A DNA stretch of 62,133 nucleotides, filler included, from Hausera hauseri (GCA_046269625.1; 10 parts of 10 records of this genome joined end to end with filler, not necessarily neighbours in it), one strand, 5' to 3'. Positions 11,561 to 24,687 are shown, counted from the whole stretch's first letter. Numbers and translations are program-made. The notes: generated from the sequence alone by a model not told the origin.

Positions 11561-11664
11561 TACTTTTGCGCCAACTTCAACATCGTTTGTAATAAGAGTT
11601 TCATGACACTATCATCTTTCAATTCCGTCCCGCCTGCTGCTTTTTCTACTACCGCTACTGCTCG

Positions 11665-12810
11665 TTAAGGTTGTCTTATATCCAGTGGTTTCTCTTCCAC
11701 TTTCGTTATTGTTTTTGGACGACTTTTATCATATACCCGTTCTTCTGTAACTTCATTTTCCATGTCTTCTTCTTCTCTCTGTTTATTGTGTTTCACACCT
11801 TTCTCTCTTACAACACATGGTGTCTCCTTTTGATTAATTATTTCTGCCAACTGTTTCCTTAACTTTGTTATAATTTCTGTTTTTTCAGCGTTTTCCTTTT
11901 CCAGTTGGGCCGACTGGCTTTCTGCTTCTTTTACTTTGTCTTGTAATTCGTTAACTTTCATGTCTACTGCCTTTTTGTCTTCGGTTAATTTCCCTATGGT
12001 TGCTCTTACTTCTTGTACTTCTTTGTCTTTTCTATCTGATGTTTTACGTATTTCTTCGATTCGAGCTTCTGCTTGTCTTCTTTCCTTTTCTTGCTTCTTT
12101 CTTGTTTCTTCCGCCATTTTCATGTATTTTCTCCTCAATTCTGCTTGTCTGGTAATTTTGGTTCTAGGTTCGTCTTCAGTTGATGTACTCGAATCCCTTA
12201 ACCGCTTCAGTCTTTTGACCATTTGGTCTAGTTCAGATGTTTCAGTTTCGGTATCTTCCACTAAAGTTTCCGAGCCACTGCTTTTCAAGTCACTCTGGGT
12301 TTCTTCATCATCCCTTTGTGCTTCCTGGGCTTCTCTTCGTTCCCTATCTTCTAATCGTCTTTTCCTTTCTAAGTATGGGATAACACTCTCTTCAGATGAG
12401 TTGCTTCGGACAACTCTTCTTCTTTTTAATTGTTGGGCCCTAGCTTCTTCAAATCTTCTCCTAGCTGCTGCTCTTGTATTTTGGTACGGTGCGTCGGTAT
12501 TTTCCGACGCACCGTACCAAAATACGGATAAATTCTTTATCCGTCTTTGGTTCGATTTCACTTTTCTTTTGTATTTTTCTTCCGGCTTGATATGGGATCG
12601 CTATTTCATATCTCGTATCGCTATCACTTTCTTCTTCAGACGTTTCTTCTTCAGTTTGACTTGTCTCTGTTGATGTTTCTGAATCGGTTTCACTTTTCGG
12701 TGGTACGACATACTTTGACTTTCGCATGCTGTTCCTATGTTCCTTCTTCGGTTCTTCGGGGAATGTTCTATCGTCTCTTCTAAGTAGACTTGTGGTGGTG
12801 GTGGCTTCAT
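11665..12810 (-). pseudogene. Highly charged, coiled-coil region between integrase and env, broken by frameshifts
   Basis: Overlapping ORFs 12601-12810, 12461-12727 and 11665-12561 are E/K/R/S-rich; the last has heptad character. Confidence 0.55.
12476..12544. repeat. Perfect 22-bp inverted repeat plus an overlapping 9-bp hairpin
   Basis: GTATTTTGGTACGGTGCGTCGG (12476-12497) / CCGACGCACCGTACCAAAATAC (12504-12525); ACGGATAAA / TTTATCCGT (12524-12544). Confidence 0.95.
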
Positions 12811-12817
12811 GTCCTGT

Positions 12818-14146
12818 TTATTGGTTCACTACCACGTATGTAATCGGTCCTATCTTTTCTAGGATCTTGTAACCTGGTACCCAATTGTTTTCAAGTTTTG
12901 AGCTCTTCTTGTTTTTGTGATAATAAACTTTATCTCCAATCTCGAAATCTTGTTGGACAGTCTTTGCTTCACTGTATTTTTTTCTTTTTTGAAAGGCCTC
13001 TCTTACGTTTCTGCTGACTTTCACTGTAATCTCGTGTAGCTTTTGGATATGGTATTTGTGGAATTCTTCTCCTTGGTATTTTAACCTTGGCCTCAGTAGA
13101 TTATCGATTGGTAAATTCGGCTCCCTTCCAAATAACATTTCGTAAGGAGAATACTTTCGGCTGCCATTCTCCATGACACGAACTACCATTGCTGCCTTAC
13201 TCAAATGTATATCCCATTCCTTGGGTTGGTCTTTAGTATACTTTGAGATGACATCATACAGTGTCGAATGTTGCCTTTCATTTACACCATTGGTGCCTGG
13301 ATTGTATACGGACGTTCGTACGTGTTTGACGGCTAACTCTTTTAATGTGTTTCTCATTGCTTGGTTCACGAACTCCCTGCCATTATCGGTCACGATTATT
13401 CTAGGACATCCATATCTTGTTATAAACTTTCCTACGAGTATATCGATGATGTTCTCCGCGGTTTTATCAGGCACCGCATATAACTCGGGCCAACCACTGT
13501 AAATATCCACTATATGCAGAATATATTGGTTCCCAGATATAGTCAATGGGTGAGGTCCGGATAAGTCAAGACTCACTTTCTCCATAGGGAAGTTTGCGTA
13601 TTCTGGCTCCTGGATAGGGTGTTTTAGCACTTCCATGTTTCTCAACTTGCACGGTTCACAATTCTTTACGTAATTTCCTATTTCTGACAACATATTTTTC
13701 CAGTAGTATTTCCGGCTGATTAACTCTGCCGTCCTGTCTCTACCTAGGTGTCCCATTTTATCATGGTGTTCCTGTATTACCCAAGTTCTCAAATGTTGGG
13801 GTATGCATAGCTGAAAATTTCTTTTCCCTTCACTGCCTACTCTGTATAGTTCTTCGTCGTCTAGCATGAACTTTTTCCACTTCTTTGACTTCTCTTCTAC
13901 CCCTGATCGTAGATCTTCCATGATGTTCCTTAATTCTTCATCTTTCATTTGTTTGGTCTTCATATTTATTCTGTTCTTATCTTCGTCACCGAATTCTGTT
14001 TCTGATTCTCCTGTTTCGTCTGCTTTCATTTCAGTGGTACTAACAGCTGAAATTTGTAATGTATGTTCATCTATTTCCGGGGTACCTTCCTCATCGTTTA
14101 CTTCATGTGGATCATCATAATTGTTGCAATCCTGGGATGTATTCAA
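12818..14146 (-). CDS. pol: Gypsy integrase (frameshifted from RT/RNase H)
   Basis: HH..GHLG..CEPC zinc domain, SLDLSGP, VTDNGREF, TNGVNER, C-terminal GPI motif. Confidence 0.92.
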   Translation of the reverse strand: MNTSQDCNNYDDPHEVNDEEGTPEIDEHTLQISAVSTTEMKADETGESETEFGDEDKNRINMKTKQMKDEELRNIMEDLRSGVEEKSKKWKKFMLDDEELYRVGSEGKRNFQLCIPQHLRTWVIQEHHDKMGHLGRDRTAELISRKYYWKNMLSEIGNYVKNCEPCKLRNMEVLKHPIQEPEYANFPMEKVSLDLSGPHPLTISGNQYILHIVDIYSGWPELYAVPDKTAENIIDILVGKFITRYGCPRIIVTDNGREFVNQAMRNTLKELAVKHVRTSVYNPGTNGVNERQHSTLYDVISKYTKDQPKEWDIHLSKAAMVVRVMENGSRKYSPYEMLFGREPNLPIDNLLRPRLKYQGEEFHKYHIQKLHEITVKVSRNVREAFQKRKKYSEAKTVQQDFEIGDKVYYHKNKKSSKLENNWVPGYKILEKIGPITYVVVNQ

Positions 14147-16409
14147 TGTTCATGTTGTATCCTTGTAAATTTAATATCCAGGTCTGTATTCTTTTGTTTT
14201 GTACGTCGGCTTTCATCATGGCTTTTAGTGGCATATGATCTGTTCTAATAGTGAATCTGCTATTATGTAAATAAAAGTTCAACTTCTGCAGTGCAAAGTG
14301 AATTGCATATGCTTCTTTTTCAGTCACCGACCATTTGCGTTGGGATTTAGTCAATCTATGTGACAAGAAGTATATGGGTTTCTCCTTGTCGACTCTCTTT
14401 CCCTGCACCGTCTCTTCACCGTCTTTCTGCACCAATACTGCACCTACGGCAAAATCAGACGCATCGGTGTATAATACGTATTCCTTGTTGGTATTTGGGT
14501 AAACCAGCAGAGGTACGACTGTCAAGCTCTCTTTTAGATACTCAAAGGCTTCTTGACATTTCTCGTTCCAGTGGAAACGAGCAAATTTTCTTGTTAGTGA
14601 CACCAACGGTTCAGCAATTATGGAGAAGTTCGGAATAAATCTCCGGTAGTATCCACATGTACCCAAAAATCCTCTCACTTCTTTAGTAGATTTTGGTACT
14701 GCCATGGACTTGATTGCTGCCACTTTGTCGCTGTCTGGTTTCACTCCCTGCTGAGTGATCACAAAACCCAAATATTTAGTCTCTTCCTTTAAGAATTTGC
14801 ACTTGCTCAGTTTTAGTTTCACCTTGTGTTCGCGCAGTCGGTCGAACACTTTCTCGACGTGTTCCAAATGGTCCTTCACATCGCCTTTGGTGAAAATCAA
14901 AATATCATCTATGTAGGCCAGTGCATATGCCTGCATTCCTTCGAGAACAACATTCATGAAGGACATATATGTCGCCGGTGATCCTTTCAATCCGAAGGGC
15001 ATCACATTCCATGCATAGAGCCCTGTATGTGTGCAGAATGCGCTCTTCGCTTTCGCCTCTGGCGACATAGGAATACACCAGAAACCTGACCTGGCGTCTA
15101 ACGTTGTAAAATAAGTGGTACCATCCAATAGTCCTAGGATGTCATCGATCAGTGGCATTGGATAGCTAACATTGCTTGTGGTGGTATTCAATGCTCGATA
15201 GTCAACACAAAAGCGATGGCTGCCATCTTTCTTGGACACAATAACCACTGGAAAAGACCACTCAGATCTTGTTCTCTCAATGATGCCTGCACGTAGCATC
15301 TCTTCTACTGCCTTTTGCACTATTTCTCGGTTGCCTAACGGAGTACGGTATGGCTTCAGGCTTATAGGCGCATGGTCTCCTGTTTCTATCTTCATGGTTA
15401 CGGTCTGTGTTCTACCCAATTCCATATCAGAAATGGCAAATACATCAGCGTGTTTCCTCACAAAATCTTCTATACACGCTTTGTGCTTCTCCTCTACTTT
15501 CAGAGTTTCCAACAGCTTCTTAGTTCTTTCGTCGTCTTGTTTAATTTCTGCTATTAATTTTCCTTGTCTTCGTCTCCATAAACCTTCTTTTATTTCTGAT
15601 AACACTCTGTCTCGATGTGCTCTTCTTTCCACTTTCTCTTTCCAATACTTATTTAGTTTGTCTTGTGCTGCTTCTTTCTTAGTCTTCTTGGTTATGTTCA
15701 CAGCTGCACATGTTGGTGTGTCAATCTTTTCTAATTTTGCTACCACACATCCTTTTTGTAAGGTTATGGTCTTTCCTGTGTAGTTCACAATCATTACAGG
15801 TACTTCCCTTTTTTGATTTAATTTCACAATCCCGCACACGGTTTGTAGACCAGGCTCCTCAATTATCTCTTTCTCTTCTAAGGATGTTACGGTAACGTTT
15901 TCCCCTTCTGACCAGTAGCTATTTCTTTTCAATGATGCCAGTACAATATTCACCGAGTTCGGTTTCATAGTTATTTTCCTTTTAACTCGAACTATAGAAG
16001 CAATGTGAATATCATCTTCGAGGTCGACATATTGATCTTCTACTTTTATCTTTTTCAAATCAAAGTATATCCGTACGTGGTGTTTCCTAAGAAAATCTCT
16101 ACCAATGATGGCACTCCTGCACATGTTTCGAACTATCATAAAACCATGTCTCATTATTTTTCCTCCAATGGCAAATTCCAATGTAGTTTTTCCCAAGACC
16201 TTCAAAGCACTTCCTGACACTGATCTCAAGTCAACTTCTTGCTTGATTAATTTCCCTTTGTTCTTTAGCATTCGGTACACCCGTTCGCTCAAAATGCTCA
16301 CTTGGGCTCCGGTGTCGACTAAACATCTAACCCTGATTTTTCCGAAGTATAATATACACGAGCTTGGATCTTCGATGACATTTATCTCGTATCTCCGTTT
16401 CTGTTTCAA
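14115..16409 (-). CDS. pol: Gypsy protease - reverse transcriptase - RNase H
   Basis: LVDTGA, RFCVDYRALN, MPFGL, YIDD, YTDAS, TDH; the RNase H C-terminus (NxxADxLSR) is missing at the frameshift. Confidence 0.95.
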   Translation of the reverse strand: MKQKRRYEINVIEDPSSCILYFGKIRVRCLVDTGAQVSILSERVYRMLKNKGKLIKQEVDLRSVSGSALKVLGKTTLEFAIGGKIMRHGFMIVRNMCRSAIIGRDFLRKHHVRIYFDLKKIKVEDQYVDLEDDIHIASIVRVKRKITMKPNSVNIVLASLKRNSYWSEGENVTVTSLEEKEIIEEPGLQTVCGIVKLNQKREVPVMIVNYTGKTITLQKGCVVAKLEKIDTPTCAAVNITKKTKKEAAQDKLNKYWKEKVERRAHRDRVLSEIKEGLWRRRQGKLIAEIKQDDERTKKLLETLKVEEKHKACIEDFVRKHADVFAISDMELGRTQTVTMKIETGDHAPISLKPYRTPLGNREIVQKAVEEMLRAGIIERTRSEWSFPVVIVSKKDGSHRFCVDYRALNTTTSNVSYPMPLIDDILGLLDGTTYFTTLDARSGFWCIPMSPEAKAKSAFCTHTGLYAWNVMPFGLKGSPATYMSFMNVVLEGMQAYALAYIDDILIFTKGDVKDHLEHVEKVFDRLREHKVKLKLSKCKFLKEETKYLGFVITQQGVKPDSDKVAAIKSMAVPKSTKEVRGFLGTCGYYRRFIPNFSIIAEPLVSLTRKFARFHWNEKCQEAFEYLKESLTVVPLLVYPNTNKEYVLYTDASDFAVGAVLVQKDGEETVQGKRVDKEKPIYFLSHRLTKSQRKWSVTEKEAYAIHFALQKLNFYLHNSRFTIRTDHMPLKAMMKADVQNKRIQTWILNLQGYNMNIEYIPGLQQL

Positions 16410-16438
16410 CTTTCTGTGATCTTCATTTCTCGTATGTC

Positions 16439-17648
16439 CTACTTCCGTTTGTTCAGCCGGGGACGTTGTTTTTTTGGAGTCGGGGTGTGGGTATTAGCGA
16501 CCTTCTTATTCTCGGGACGGGGTGGGATTTGCTTTGGGGCTCTTTTCTTTCGGGCTTCATCCACTTCCATCGGTTCAGGTTCATTCTGCTTCTTCTTTTC
16601 CAAGTCGTCTCGGCGTTTTTGTTCTATTTCACTTCTTGTTTCCAGATTATTTTTGCCACAAGTTTGATTTCCTTTTTCCAAATTTCTATGATTCCTGGTT
16701 TCTTTTCTTTTGTCGGTTTCCTTGATTTTCATCTTATCGTATTCTCGGCAATTCCTTCTCTCAACTTGATCGAATTTGTTACCCTTTGGTTTCACAGTCC
16801 ATTTTGCATTGCTGTAGCTTCTACCATTTCTTCCAACTGGGTTTTGCTTAGTCTCATTATTTCTCAAATTCACAGTCCTTCTTATATTGTCATAAATTCT
16901 ACTATTTCTTCTATAGTACGTTCTGTGGTGATTTCTTTTCATACTTTCTCTTCTATTATGACTTCTCAGTCTCTCTTCTTTATAATTCCTGCCGTGCGGT
17001 TCGGTTCGCTTTCTATTTCTTGTTCTGTATCTCTCTTCTGTTTCTCGTATTGGTTTGGTATCTCTGTTTCTAAATTCCCTTGAATACTTCTCTTGACCAT
17101 AATGTTTGTTGCTTTCATCGTGTTCATGATATCTGTTGTTCTGCGTATGTAATTATTCTTTTTGACTATTCCGGTAGGCCCTTGCCGTTTTCCTGCTCTG
17201 CATCGGGCGACCTACATAGCAGGATTCCCACTTCCCTGCTGCCTTGGGACTCGATTCTCTTCTGCACTGTTTGTCTTACACACTCGTGCAAAATGTCCAG
17301 TTTTACCGCATTTGTAACAACCTCCGCCATTTCCTACTCTCGCTCTGTCATTAACCGGTTTTGCTGTTCTGTTTCTGCATTCTCTGGCAAAGTGTCCCAA
17401 TTTTCCACAGCTGTAGCATTTCCTTTCTTTTTCGACTTCGTGTATTAGCTGTCGGTGGTCATATCGTTTGTTTCTGTAATGTTCGTGTTCGTACCGATTT
17501 CGGTGCCGCTTTGGTCTAAGTTGGTCAATGTCCATTTGTTCTTCACCTCGGTCTTCGTATCTTTCTCTTCTTAGTCGCATATTGATCCTTTTGTTAAAAT
17601 TTTCTTCCTCCACTGCTGTTTGTATTGCTGCCTGTATTGTTTTTGGCT
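16439..17648 (-). pseudogene. gag: Gag C-terminal part with two CCHC zinc knuckles and an R/K/N-rich tail, frameshifted
   Basis: CYSCGKLGHFAREC and CYKCGKTGHFARVC in ORF 17212-17613; EQMDID and EPMEVD motifs. Confidence 0.85.
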
Positions 17649-18072
17649 NNNNNNNNNNNNNNNNNNNNNNNNNNNNNNNNNNNNNNNNNNNNTTAATTAA
17701 TTAANNNNNNNNNNNNNNNNNNNNNNNNNNNNNNNNNNNNNNNNNNNNCTTTAAGTGATATATAATTATTAAGCTAAAAAATGTGTCTCTAATGTAAACA
17801 ATAATTTTTATAAAAAAAAATTTTTAGTAGATTGACTATAACCAACCATACATTTTAGAAAGTACTATATAAAAAAGAATAAGTTACAGAATGAAATGAA
17901 AAAGATAAACTAATAGAAATTCTTTAATATAAAAAACATACGAAAATTGCTATAAATAGCCAATAAAGTCAGCACAGCGCAAACACACTACAAAGAAGAC
18001 TTTACAAGTGGAAATGCAGTCGAAATTCAAATCACACAAATGCAAATTAAAAGAATGTTTAAAAATATATTT

Positions 18073-21000
18073 CTAGTCAAGTGAGAGGCTCGGTAAAGAA
18101 TCTGTTCCATTGTGGGGTGATTCGGCATTAGTGCTGCCGGTGTGTGATAGGGTTGATGGACTGAATCGACCGTTGGTTGTCGGTTGTCTGAGTTTGGAGC
18201 AGTGAATCTAAACGGCAGTTGTCAATAAATAATCAGAGAATAGATAGCATACAGAATCCGATAACTGGTTCAATCCTTGCTGCCGGTGGACGTGGCAAAA
18301 CGACGAAGGACAGTGAACACAGAACAGGACTGACATTGCTCCGCATTGGTCGCAGAAGTGTCGAGGGCAAACTACAACTTTTTTTGGCACTTGCAAACAT
18401 TTCTTATGATAAGCATACGGACAGGACTTTATTGCACAGGGGATTTCGCATTGTGTTTGTTTGCAAATCGGACATTGTTTCATCTTTTGACCGAGTAGCA
18501 ATTCGGTATCGTGCATAATAGCAGTCGATTGGATCAATTGCTGCTGTACCGGTTGCGGTTGCGGTTGGGTTGGTTGAGGCACCACCGGCAGCATCTGCAC
18601 AGGTAGGCCTGATTGTATCCCTACCAGCTGCGGCTGATTTGGCTGCATCTGAACGAGCAATAATTGGTTTGATTGCGCATGCACCGGCGGTAATTGGTTT
18701 GGCCGAGTTTGCACCAATAATAAATGATTCGATTGTGTGGCATGCTGAACTGGTTCAGTCATCGCACAATGGTTTTTGTTATCCGGATTTTGATTGAAAT
18801 CATTTCCCATTGGCTGTTTCGGTATCATGTCCAATTGTGCAGGTTCCTGCTGTCCCACGAACCGTTTCACTACCACTGCGTTTTTATTTGGTTCCTGCTG
18901 CCCAGAGAGTCCTTTAATGAGCTGCTGTTGGACGTGCGGTAATTTGATTAGGTCTTGTCTCGTAGGTAACTGGTGGACGGGGAACACAATTATGTGCCGA
19001 TTGTTGTTGTTGCTGATTATGACCGGATTGGTGGGTTTGTCGAATAAAGGACTCTTATGTGGACTGGCAAACTTCGGTCTAGATTCGGTCGGTGGTTGGT
19101 TTGTTGTTGATGAAATAAGAGTCGGCAAATTCGGTTTGGCTTTTTCGAATAGCGGCAGTTTTGCTTGGAATGAGAATTCCCGTTTCAGTCCATTTGGCGG
19201 TTCGTTTGTCGGTTCGTCGAGCATTGATTTGACGTACTTATACAACGAGGATGATTTATCGGAAAATAAAACTTCCGGCTTTATTCCATTCGGTGTTTTC
19301 TGGTTTACATCCTTCTTTGCCGAATCGACTGGCGGTTTAATGAGCCAATTGTCCAATGGGGCCATGCCGTTCATCGATTTGAAATACTTTTCAATCATTG
19401 GACTTTTCTTAAATATAGGCAACTCGGGTTTTAATCCATTTGATGGCTTAACAACTTCCGTTTTCGGGCCTTTATTCGGTCGGGCCGTAGTGGTTTTGTC
19501 CCCTTTCTCACTTTTCTTCCTTGAGGGGTTTTTTGATCTGTTCGGAGAATTCAGCGCTTTAAGTGGGGCAGGTTCAGCAACGTTTTTCGTGGGCTTTAGA
19601 ACCGGACGCCGACCGGATTTTTTCGATTCGGTTGAACTGCGACCGTCGCTACAATCGTCAATAGGCTTCTGGCCAATGTAACCGGAACAATTTCGAGCAC
19701 CGCATTTACAAACAACCTTGTGACCGAATGCCGAGAAAAAATAATTGAACGTCAGTTCTTCTCCAGCCGGAATGTCACTAAACGATGAGAGAATTGAATG
19801 GGCCATTGTCGTGTCGTGTGTGTGTTACCGTAGAGCGAATAATCCGATTCGCATATCGCCATTGACGATCCATTTTTCCGTTGTCATGTTCGGTGAACAC
19901 GAATGGTTCATGAATCTGCTCAAATTACCAGCGGGACCGGCGTCAATAATTCGTTGAGGATCGAGAACCATCATGTAGAAATCGGAAATGCAGTTTTCGT
20001 GGGCTTGTTTCATTCGGCGATTCGCTTCCTGTTCGTCGATGATTTCGCCGACGTATTCGATAATGAATGTGCCCTGATTGAAGAACGAATAATATTCAAT
20101 CGAGGGGGGGGGGGGGTTAATGAATTACTTTGGATATGGCATGGAGCGATTTAACGCCAAATCCTCGATCGCCGGTTTGGAAAACTTTCAATTTCGGATA
20201 CTCGCGTTTGGTGAACATTTGATTCCGGCATTTCGTTTTGTTATGGCATACGTCCGGATTGCATTCGTAAAACAGAGCCCGATTGATACACGGACTGGAC
20301 GGACCGCACGGATCGTCATCGTTGTTGTCAACACCCGGTCGACAGTCGCAATGCTGGATGTCGGTCGGACTCTGCTGGCGTTGCGAACGCGACTGGACGA
20401 CGACGATGTTCGTCTGTCGAATACGATATTATCGCTGGCAACCAACCAACCAATCAATTCTTACCTTGATTGCGCGGTAATATCGCGGTTTACTGCCGTT
20501 GTTGAAATACGAATGTTTCTGTTTGTCATAGCCCTTTTGTGCCTCGCCGGCAATTTTCACACCGAGCAGGAACATCTGATCGTACGTGAAATCGAAATTC
20601 TCCAGTTCCATGAGTTTATTCATGCCGGAAATCTGACAAATAACCGCCAAACCAATCACAACTAAACCAACCTTATCATCATCGTCCTCAAACACGTACG
20701 TCTGTGATCGATTCATCCATGCGTGATCGTTCGTTCCGAAAAACTGGACAAGAAATTGACCGGGTTTGTGCGGGGCCCGTGCCAATCTGTCAGACACATT
20801 ACGCGGATGGACGATCTGGCCAGGCCACCAGCGATAATGTCCGCATTTCGTCCAATGGATCTCACCGTAACGCGGATACCGGCCCATCTCGCATTGTTCG
20901 CAAACGTACTTTTCTGGGGCTTTATGCACATCGGCACAATTCTGATGGAATGATGCTGGACATTTCTCACAGCAAATCAGCAGACCGTCTTTTGAACAAA

Positions 21001-23101
21001 TGAAACACCAAGTAACATTCTGTGGTTTGGTACAGTTAACGGTGAGTGGCGCATCGATTTGCCACAGATCGCTGTTGTGTGGATTGTCGTACGGCGTTCG
21101 TTTGAATTTGAGCGTGTCGAGAATGAGTCGACCGTTACGGAATATGTTAATGAACGGCGCCAAGTACATATCGAAATTGCAACTGTTCTGCAGATGTTGC
21201 GGACAGATAATGTAGTAAGGAGTAATCTCCACGGACCCTGCTGGAATGCACCAATCGCCTTTGTGGTATGTTCCACAGCACATAACACACCGGATGTACG
21301 ATTTGCATTGCCGCATGTATTTCGGGTCGTCGATGTAACAGGAATGGCAGGCATGAGCCGGACAGACGAATCCGTTGCTGGCGTGTGACGTCAGGTCCTG
21401 CAGAGGGCTGTTGGTAATGCATCGCTTATGATAATACCGGCTACATGACAATATGGCACACTTGGTGATTTCCTCATTCTTGTTGACGATTTTCTACAAA
21501 ACGGATCAGAATTAACAGGAGATAAGTCACTAACGCGACACATAAGGCATCTTCTGACATTACGATTGCAGTCGACACAACGTTCGTAATCGATTTTGCT
21601 TGTGACCTGCTGGCCATCGGTGAGGTAGTTGAACAGCGTGCGATTACATTTCTCGTGGAATGACATGCCGCATCCACCGGGACACCAAATAACTGGATGA
21701 TCGGCTTGAGCAACCTCACAACACATAAAGCAAATCAATTCACCCTTTGACGACAGGAAATTCGGTTCGTTGAGGGCTTCGAATTCGAACTGGAAATAAA
21801 AAATAATATTAAGGAAAATAAACCGAAAAAAAAACATACCGAATATTGTAAATCCAACTTTTTTCTCTTTAAAACCCGTTTCGATGCTGGTTTTGGTCGT
21901 TTTCGTGCTACAGAACTCGTCACACTAACCGTATCCGATTTATCGACATCTGTAAATGGTCATAGATAAAGTTACACTTAATAAGATCTAACCAAAGTAA
22001 TCAATTCCATACGTGTCCAGTCTCTCTGTTGTTGTCATCGGCAACGCATCCTCTGCTTCTTCACACGCCGATTTCCACTGTTCACAGTATCGGGGCTGCA
22101 CTTGAAATTGCGACGCAGCCTTTTAATTTGAATGAAAAGTTCATTGAGAAATAATTAGAATTATTTACCGATTTCTTGCTGTCACTGGTGATAGCGCTAT
22201 TAGCATATTCATTGTATTTTTCAACTCCCAAATATGGCATGACGTAGCCACTTTTGACCCACCCACGCTCGACTTTTTCACCAAAATATGCAACGTGGTA
22301 CAACGATTTACGTCGAAATTCGCCAGATGGATCAGGGAAGATCATGCATGGCCACCATGGATATCTGCCAACCTTTGCCCATAGCAGAGTACCGATTTGG
22401 TAGTCAGGAACACTGCAGGACGAACAATCACTCGTCATTGACTCACCAGATTCACTGGATATAGAAATGACGTCGTCCTGTTTTAACTGACGCCGATTCT
22501 TCGACTGGATGATGATATTACTCAAATCACGGAATTTATCGACATCGGCCGGTACTTTGAACACGGTTTCTGTCTCGGCGAATGTCATCGCTAACGTTGA
22601 ATCGCTGCAGATCGATTCCAGCTCCAATCCGTCATCCATTTGAAAGGGAATCGTTGCCGTTGTTTCTCTGTCGATATTTTCGTCATTATCACCTGTCACA
22701 ATTGTTTCGCTTGATTCCTCATTTTCCGTCGCATTTTCAGTTGATGACGTCAGTGGTCGATCCGATTGAAATTCCGAACAAATATCAAACTGTTCAACAA
22801 ACCCATTCTTTTTATGACCGTTTTCATAAATATTTGACTTCATATTGTCTAAACTTTCTAAAATATCTTCCTCAACATCGCCATTGCAACTGACGATAAT
22901 TTCACTGATACAATTGTCCGACATATCAGGTTGTTCAGCAAATCCATTTTCCATCGTCCCAACATTTGATTTTATTTCGATACAGTTTTCTAAAATGCTC
23001 TCCTGCACTTCGCCATTGAAAGTGACCGTAATTTCTCCTACACAATTGTCCAAATCATCGATACCAATATCCATTTGATCCTTGACGATATTTGGTATCA
23101 T
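18073..23101 (-). CDS. NSD: NSD-family (NSD1/2/3, Mes-4-like) histone H3K36 methyltransferase, multi-exon
   Basis: PWWP1 ([13 protein letters not shown]), several PHD fingers, PWWP2 ([12 protein letters not shown]), AWS (CDC..PCG..CINRA..EC..C..C.NQ at ~20130-20395), SET (EYVGE, NHSCSPN, ELTFNY), post-[12 protein letters not shown]5HCH (CPRHFCDQC). GT-AG introns of ~50 nt (e.g. 19778-19828); inferred stop TAG at 18073-18075. Confidence 0.92.
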
Positions 23102-24687
23102 TGAAATTAAATAATCAGATATTTATTCGTTGAAAACAATTATTAAATATCAAAAATCTTTACGAAAATTTGTGAAATTATTTGACCTAATAGAAATTGC
23201 AATTATTTAAACAAAATTCTGTTTTTGTTCAAAATAATGACAAAGACGTCATTGTTGTGTTTATTGCTCTGTTTCAGTAGCAGATTTCAAATGAACAAAA
23301 CTGATAAATCATGTGAATGAATAATGAAATTTGTTGTCATAATAAATTTGTCAGAAAATTAGTAATTTTATTTGGTGTGCAACTATTCCGGTGAATTTTT
23401 TATAATTTCCTTATTACTTTACGTAATAAAATGTAATTGCACTAAAACTGAATTTTTCTTGTTAAGTTTCATAAAAGAACAGAAATTATTATCAGTAATT
23501 TTCAGTCTCAAAAATTAAAAACATTTTGTTACAAAACGTAATAATTATTTATATTTAATTTCTATATAGATTATAATTATATGATTAAACTAAGTACGGA
23601 CAATCCGTGTGATTTTGATAAAACTTGCATATGAAATGCAGTAATTTTATTTAAAAAATCAAACAAAAATGATATTTACTAAAGTTAAATGGCACAAATA
23701 GTTAATTTTGAAATTAAACAATTTTGTGATCATGTGCATCATTTGCTTAATATATTTATTTAATCATTCAACCATTTTTTGGATACATTGTGGCCTTAAT
23801 ATTGAAGATAGATTCGGTCTGGCATCTTTACTTTTCTTCCTTTTAACCTTTTATTGTTCATGTTCGATTAGAAATTTCTTCGCTCATTATTTGTGGTTTT
23901 TGTATCTTTGTATATATTTAACAAGTGAGGCCTGTGAGACAGAATTCTGAGCTCGTTGTGCATGAAAGTTCAATAGAAAATAGCTAACCAATTCTTCATA
24001 GACCACTCTCATTTCGGACACAGTTAGGGTATGCCAAGAGTAAGCGTTGGCAAGACTAGACGCGCATGTAAGTCAGCGTGTTTCGTGTTGTTTCCAAATA
24101 GCTTCTGATATTTAGTCTTAATATCCGGTGACGATAAAAACAATGATATTACCGTTGGCAGATTATTAAGTAAATTTAGTACTTCTGAAATCACGTTTAT
24201 CCACCCTTTAATAAAAAAAAAATCTAGAAAATGCAATAAGTGCTAGATGAATAGAGAGAGAGCGATAAATAGTGAAAANNNNNNNNNNNNNNNNNNNNNN
24301 NNNNNNNNNNNNNNNNNNNNNNTTAATTAATTAANNNNNNNNNNNNNNNNNNNNNNNNNNNNNNNNNNNNNNNNNNNNGGACGCAGAAGGAAAGAGGCTT
24401 CGGAAATTGTAATACTATATACGACTATGGATCATGACTCATCGATAGAATTTAACGTTCCGTAAAAACTTAAATCGATATTTGTCACATTTTGCATTTT
24501 GTGGTTATGAAATGTCATGTCTCATGCACATTAAATTCGTTGTTACAGTGGGTAAACTGAACAATTGTGGCACTCCGCAGCATAAAAACCAACACAATAC
24601 ATACATTTCAATTACAGATTTTGCGTAACATTACGAATAACAGATAAAAACCGCATATTAAAATTATGAAAACTCAAACTCGGTTAA

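Larger units (their letters stand above)
9685..17648 (-). mobile_element. Env-bearing Ty3/gypsy LTR retrotransposon (errantivirus-like), internal region; LTRs lie outside the contig
   Basis: Order gag(CCHC)-PR-RT-RNaseH-INT-charged linker-env on the minus strand. Confidence 0.92.
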
